Of a DNA stretch of 64,000 bases, positions 58,992 to 64,000 are shown piece after piece. A program made the translations under genes and the position numbers. The notes beneath the pieces are model-generated. The model saw only the letters and a list, made by a program, of their open reading frames with translations, did not search any database and was not told the origin of the DNA. This stretch comes from a virus (lineage: Duplodnaviria > Caudoviricetes), in the IMG/VR virus record IMGVR_UViG_3300025575_000001, positions 34,997 to 98,996 of that record; one strand, given 5' to 3'. Every line of letters starts with the position of its first letter. Position 1 is the first letter of the stretch.

Positions 58992-59705
58992 TTATTTTGT
59001 TGCTGTCTACAATTTGCTCTTCCAAGCTAAATCTACAGCTCTTTTTAAAATTTCCCTATGTAATATAGGATTCATTGTACATTCTGTAATTATTGCAACA
59101 CCGTTAATAAATATTTCTGTTGGAAGGGTTGTTACAATAATAGGTGTTGGTCTTTCTAAGTAACGTGTTGTATAGGATTCAATTCCATATTTAGAAATCA
59201 ATTCTACTGTAACTAAGTCTATATCCAATCTTAATACTCTTCTACTGTTTGCTCCTTTATAAGGACTATTTGCTATCTTAAAATATTCATCTTGTTTAAC
59301 AGGAACCACAGAAGCGGTTTTACCATTAACCCAAGAAGGAGTATTTGTAGTATCAAATTTTACAGATTCATATGTTGTAAAAAGAGTTTCATCTGGAATA
59401 GTATAGAATACTGAAGTAGTAGATAGACCCATTTTTCCAGTAGTCTTAGTAGCTATAACAATAGTTTTAATAAAATTAGCTAAATACTTTCTAGCTTCTT
59501 CTGTATCTTCAAAAGATCCAGATTCTATATTATATCCATTATATAATGCTCTAACTAAATCCTCTTGAGCCTATGTTAGAAATACAGACTTTTCGTATTC
59601 ATTAAATTCAATACTAGAACTTGAATCTTTACTTTTAAATTCATTAGAGTTTTTATAACTGTCTAGTAACAAATCGAACTCATTAGAAAACTCTTGTGTT
59701 GTCAT
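58992..59705 (-). CDS. tail ring protein paralog (237 aa, TAG=Gln)
   Basis: MTTQEFSNEFD..NEYEKSVFLT*AQE..RYLERPTPII..ECTMNPILHREIL. Confidence 0.85.
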
Positions 59706-59711
59706 AATTTA

Positions 59712-60698
59712 TTATTTTTGGTCTTTACTAATAGCTCCAAATCTTGAAAAAGCAAGTTCAACGGCTTTATTCAAAATATCTATATGTATGATAGGATTCA
59801 ATTCACATTCTGTTGTAGTTGTAATTCCATCAATTGATAAACCCGTACTATAAGAGCCTTGTGCCAGATCTGTTAAAACAATAGGTCTTGGTCTTTTTAC
59901 ATATCTGATAATATAATCATTTATGGTAACTCCTATTACTGGAATCAATTCTGAATATAAATCTATTCCAGATACATTCTAAAACAATCGCCAACACTAT
60001 TTTTTCAACGGTTGACCAAATGGTTTAGACATCATTCTGTCATATTCTTTATAATTTATAGGAACAATAACATAGGTTTTCTTAGTAGTTGTACCACTTA
60101 TAATTTTTTCATTTAACATGAATAAAATATTAGTTGGCATTAAATATAAACTACTTCTATCATCATATCTTGTTGCAAAGGAGTCCAATTTAACCGCTGT
60201 AGGTACAAGAACACTACCCGCATTGTCTTCCATTCCAATCATTTTAACATCGTAGATATTGGCTGCAATAAATGCATCCTGCCACAACTATTCTGATAAT
60301 ATCTCACCGACAGGAACATTAATTGTAATTAAATTATTTACTAATGTAACATAGGGTCCACCATTTGGACCATTATTTACTATAAAAGTATATAATGGGT
60401 TGGAAGAACTTAGGATAAAACCACTTATAGTACCTTTAATAAGAGGTTTATCAATAGTAATTAGTTCAGAAAAATCTATCTATCTACGTTCACTATCATC
60501 CATACCCTATCCTTGAGGATTAAGATTTCTATCAAAATAGGATTTTACAACAATATCTTGAGCCTAAGTAAGTAAAATTGATTTTTCATATTCGTCTAAT
60601 TCTAAAGAGTAAGGGCTATTGGTATTACCAAAACTCTTAATATCTCTATAACTATTTATTAGAGTATCAAATGAGTTTGAAAATTCTTGAGTTGTCAT
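59712..60698 (-). CDS. tail ring protein paralog with insertion (328 aa, TAG=Gln)
   Basis: MTTQEFSNSFD..DEYEKSILLT*AQD..RYVKRPRPIVL..ECELNPIIH. Confidence 0.85.
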
Positions 60699-61417
60699 TA
60701 TTCACCACGTTGATTAAGTTGGACAATTGTGTTTAGTTCTCCTGTATAAGCGGCTTTAGCTAACTCTACAGCTCTATCCAAAACTTCTCTATGAAGGATT
60801 GGATTCAATTCACATTCTGTGACAACACTTATACCGTCAATTGTTAACCCTGTATAAATACTAGTTAATGCAACTAAAATAATGGGTACAGGTCTCCTAA
60901 TAAATCTAACACTATATGAAGGTGTTGTAACAGCTCCACTATGAGGAATGATTTCTACATTAGGTATACCTGCTGTTGTCCCGTCTTTAATGAGCCTCCA
61001 CACTTGATATTTCAAAGGATCTTTAAATGGTTTTGACATTAATCTATCATACTCCTAAAAATCAATTGGAACAACTCTATAATGTATAGCATTATTCACA
61101 AATGATTCATTAAGAATTAAAAGTACATTAGGAGGTAATGCAAAAATCTATCCACGTAGATCAAATGCTCCTGTTGTTGAAACAGTACTGACTGTTGCAT
61201 TTGCTATTAGTTCAGAGAAATCAATCTGTCGTTTAGGTGAATTATCAAATCCTTCTTTATATTTATTGCCATTAGGATTAAAATGATTAAATATGATTTC
61301 ATTCTATGCCTTAGTTAAGAATACAGATTTTTCATATTCATTTAATCCAGGAGCGGCGTTGCTCATTATGTTGTTATAGAGTACGTCGAATTCGTTAGAA
61401 AATTCCCCGGTTGTCAT
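60698..61417 (-). CDS. tail ring protein paralog (239 aa, TAG=Gln)
   Basis: MTTGEFSNEFDVLYNNIMSNAAPGLNEYEKSVFLTKA*NEI..RFIRRPVPIIL..ECELNPILHRE. Confidence 0.88.
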
Positions 61418-61418
61418 A

Positions 61419-62432
61419 TTATTGTTTTAATTTAGCCTCAAGTAAGAATTTAATATCTTGTCTCTTGGGATTATTTAAAAATTTAGCTGCAATATTAATT
61501 GTGGGTTCTTCGTTATTTTCACACAAAGGAGTATTATCACTTCGTAGATACAAGAAGTTACCTCTATTAGCAATTAAACCAGCTTCAATACTTTTTTTAA
61601 TTAAAACTTTTGTATTAAGTAAAGGATCAGTAATAATCTTTAAGAACATCTTACTATCTGTTTGAATCAAATTGTTTATCTTCGTATGCAACGAATCTAA
61701 TTTTTCATTTACAGATAAAGGTCTATTAGACATTGTTTCTACAATTACTCTCAATACATCAGCTTCTGTTTCAATTCTACCAAACTCTTTATAGCACTTC
61801 ATTGTAGTACTCATATTATCTTTGGCAGTTTTATTTTCTTCCCCTTCTATAATTATTACAAATTGATAGGTTGCTTTAGGTGCATCTTGTAATGCATATA
61901 AGGAAGGTGCAATCATATCTTTGTTTGATAAAAGTACTTTGTAACGAATATAATCATCTGGGTCCATTAGATTAAATAGGTTATCCTACTTAGTAAGACG
62001 TACCATAAAATTATCCCAGTAATTATCTACTTTCTTATAAATACTTAAAGCATTATATTCAAGACCCATGATTTGTTCTAGATAAGTTTTCTCATCATCT
62101 GTTAGTACATTTACATACATTCCAGAGGATAATCTAGGTATTGTAAAATACCTCACTGCACTCTCAGCCATGCCCCCAGATAGAATATGTTTAGGATTTG
62201 GTCCTACCATACCACCTTCTTTAGGAATGTGTCTTACAATGACTCTTTCGTTCCTTAAACAATTCAACAAGACATCTTGTTCTACAACTGGTGTAGACTT
62301 CTTATACGTTTCTTTCACTTTAATAGGTTCTTCACTTTGAACCATTTGCAAGGGTAATTCCATAGCAACTTCATCTATGCTGAAATTCTATTCCTCATAT
62401 CCTACTTTTTCTTCCATTTTTTCTTTTGCCAT
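61419..62432 (-). CDS. conserved crAss protein downstream of MCP (337 aa, TAG=Gln)
   Basis: ATG 62432 joins fragments 61986-62363 and 61419-61967 across TAG codons. Confidence 0.8.
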
Positions 62433-62454
62433 TTCTCCTAAAATTTTAAAAAAT

Positions 62455-62483
62455 AAGGGGAAGGAAGTAACTCCCTCCCCTTT
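62455..62483 (-). terminator. intrinsic terminator after MCP
   Basis: Minus-strand AAGGGGAGGGAG...TTCCTTCCCCTT hairpin followed by ATTTTT. Confidence 0.65.
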
Positions 62484-62492
62484 GGTTAATTA

Positions 62493-64000
62493 TCAAGCCT
62501 GCAATATAGCAGGAATCAAAGACATTGTTCGTGTCGGATCAAGTACGCAAAGACCCAACGTTGCCATTCTGTGTATTACAGCAGAATCTTCATCAAAGGA
62601 CATATAAGGATTACCCTTTTGACCTGTGAAAGGATTACGTAAACCCCATTGATATCCACGATATTCAGTGTCACCTTTAATTTTACATTTAAAGATGTTA
62701 GGTTGATCCATAGTACCGATATACATGATATCATAACGATAGGACATAGCCACACCACCTTGTGGATGCAAGATTTTATTACGAACTGGATCGTCATAGA
62801 AGGAGTCAACATCCAACTTAACACGAACTCCATTAGGAGCTTTATACTCAACGAACTGGAATCCAGCGGATAGAGCATTAGAGTGAAGTTTAGATTGAAC
62901 TTTTTCAATAACACCGATTGAACTATTGTCTAGCATGAACTGAGTCCAACCAGAGATAACATTCAATACAGCTTTGTGGAATGCAATAGCACCCCGTTCA
63001 CCAGTTTTAATTACAAAGTAACGATCACCAAAATCAAGTTTAGCAGCAGACAATTCATACAAAGCATCTTCTAGCAATTTCAAACTAAATGTGTTGTAAT
63101 ACATAGTATTAGCAACTTCCATTTGTTCAAACAAACCAGCACCAGTTTTGATTACATTACCTGATTTACCAAAGTTCATATATTCACCATTGGAATTTCT
63201 GTTAGAAGTACCAAAGGCAAGTACATTGTTTTTGTATTCAGAGAACTATTGTTCTACTTCCCAATCTACATTGTGCATCCACATCGTAGCAATATCCTTA
63301 GACAAACCACCACTGTCTGTGGGTTTTGTGATTGGAATACCTACTGCGAGTTTCTTGTTAAGCATGTTACCACCAACCTTGTGTTGAATACGAATCTGAG
63401 ACCACTCATTACGCATAGAGACCGGAGAAGTAAACCTAACATCACCAACTTTTCTAGAGAATTCTTTTTCTACAGGAGCAAAGTCAATAGAGAAACGTTC
63501 ACCCGAAAGTAATCGTTCTGCTGGACAACCTGTAGTATTACCACCCATAAGTTCAACCTTATAAACAGCATTTGTACCTTCCATACGTGCATCACCAAGG
63601 ATACGGAATGGATAGATCTGATTCAAGTGACCTACGATTACTTCACCATCGGCAAACCAATCTTCTGGGAATACTAGATAGAACGGAGCAGTACCTACTC
63701 CTGAATTGCTTGAAGCTGATGTAACAACTACACCATTTTCATCTCGTGCTTCTACAAGAGGAATATTCCTACGAGAGGAACCAATTACATCCCAATAGTA
63801 TTCACTATCATCCTCAAATTCCCTTGTAGGAAATTGATTCAGGAACGTGTCCAGACTCTTACCTCTGTAATAAGCTAACAACTATACCATGAGGTTAGTT
63901 GCTTTTTGGGGAGCCAGTTGAAAAATAGAACCTAAGTGATTGTCTTTTGTCAAACCTTTCCAATGCTGGAATCCTACCATTTGGTATTTACCCAATTTAC
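62493..64000 (-). CDS. major capsid protein (start just outside the window; TAG=Gln)
   Basis: KLGKYQMVGFQHWKGLTKDNHLG..APQKATNLMV*LLAYYRGKSLDTFL..WEVEQ*FSEYKNN..IPAILQA, crAss001-like MCP. In-frame TAGs at 63882 and 63246. Confidence 0.95.

Noticed and set aside
35616-63512. Plus-strand ORFs in the virion arm
   Set aside because: They are antisense shadows of the structural genes.
30348-64000. Many short minus-strand ORFs read as separate genes or pseudogenes
   Set aside because: They share frames and are separated by TAG, so they are pieces of long recoded genes.
1-64000. Amber suppressor tRNA, release factor or aminoacyl-tRNA synthetase
   Set aside because: No cloverleaf or such ORF was seen by eye in the short intergenic gaps. 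They may lie outside the window; tRNAscan-SE would settle it.
1-64000. CRISPR array, diversity-generating retroelement or integrase
   Set aside because: No spaced direct repeats, reverse transcriptase motifs or recombinase motifs were recognised.

Overview
This 64 kb AT-rich window comes from a crAss-like phage (Crassvirales). Its capsid, ring and muzzle proteins resemble, from memory, those of PhiCrAss001-type phages (Steigviridae); the host is probably Bacteroidota. There are two convergent arms. The + arm (1-30.3 kb) is readable in the standard code. It carries replication and nucleotide genes (SF2 helicase, DnaB, Sak4-like ATPase, SSB, primase, UDG, nucleases, class II RNR, PolB). It also carries a phiEco32-like peptide/amide-ligase cluster (GGCT, ATP-grasp, class I GATase, COOH-NH2 ligase, class II GATase, amidoligase). 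The - arm (30.3-64 kb) holds virion genes (MCP, ring proteins, auxiliary capsid, muzzle, cargo proteins, virion RNA polymerase). It looks fragmented in the ORF track only because TAG is reassigned to Gln (code 15). Two group I introns split the class I GATase and nrdJ, and their splice sites can be read directly. The most striking observation concerns the intron-encoded endonucleases. Both sit inside TAG-free early genes, yet each has in-frame TAG codons and its own promoter resembling the late-operon promoters; one is encoded antisense to its intron. This suggests homing endonucleases gated by the phage's genetic-code switch. No suppressor tRNA, CRISPR array or rRNA was seen in the window. 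Long code-15 ORFs were checked by start, stop and frame consistency with the ORF-track fragments, not codon by codon.
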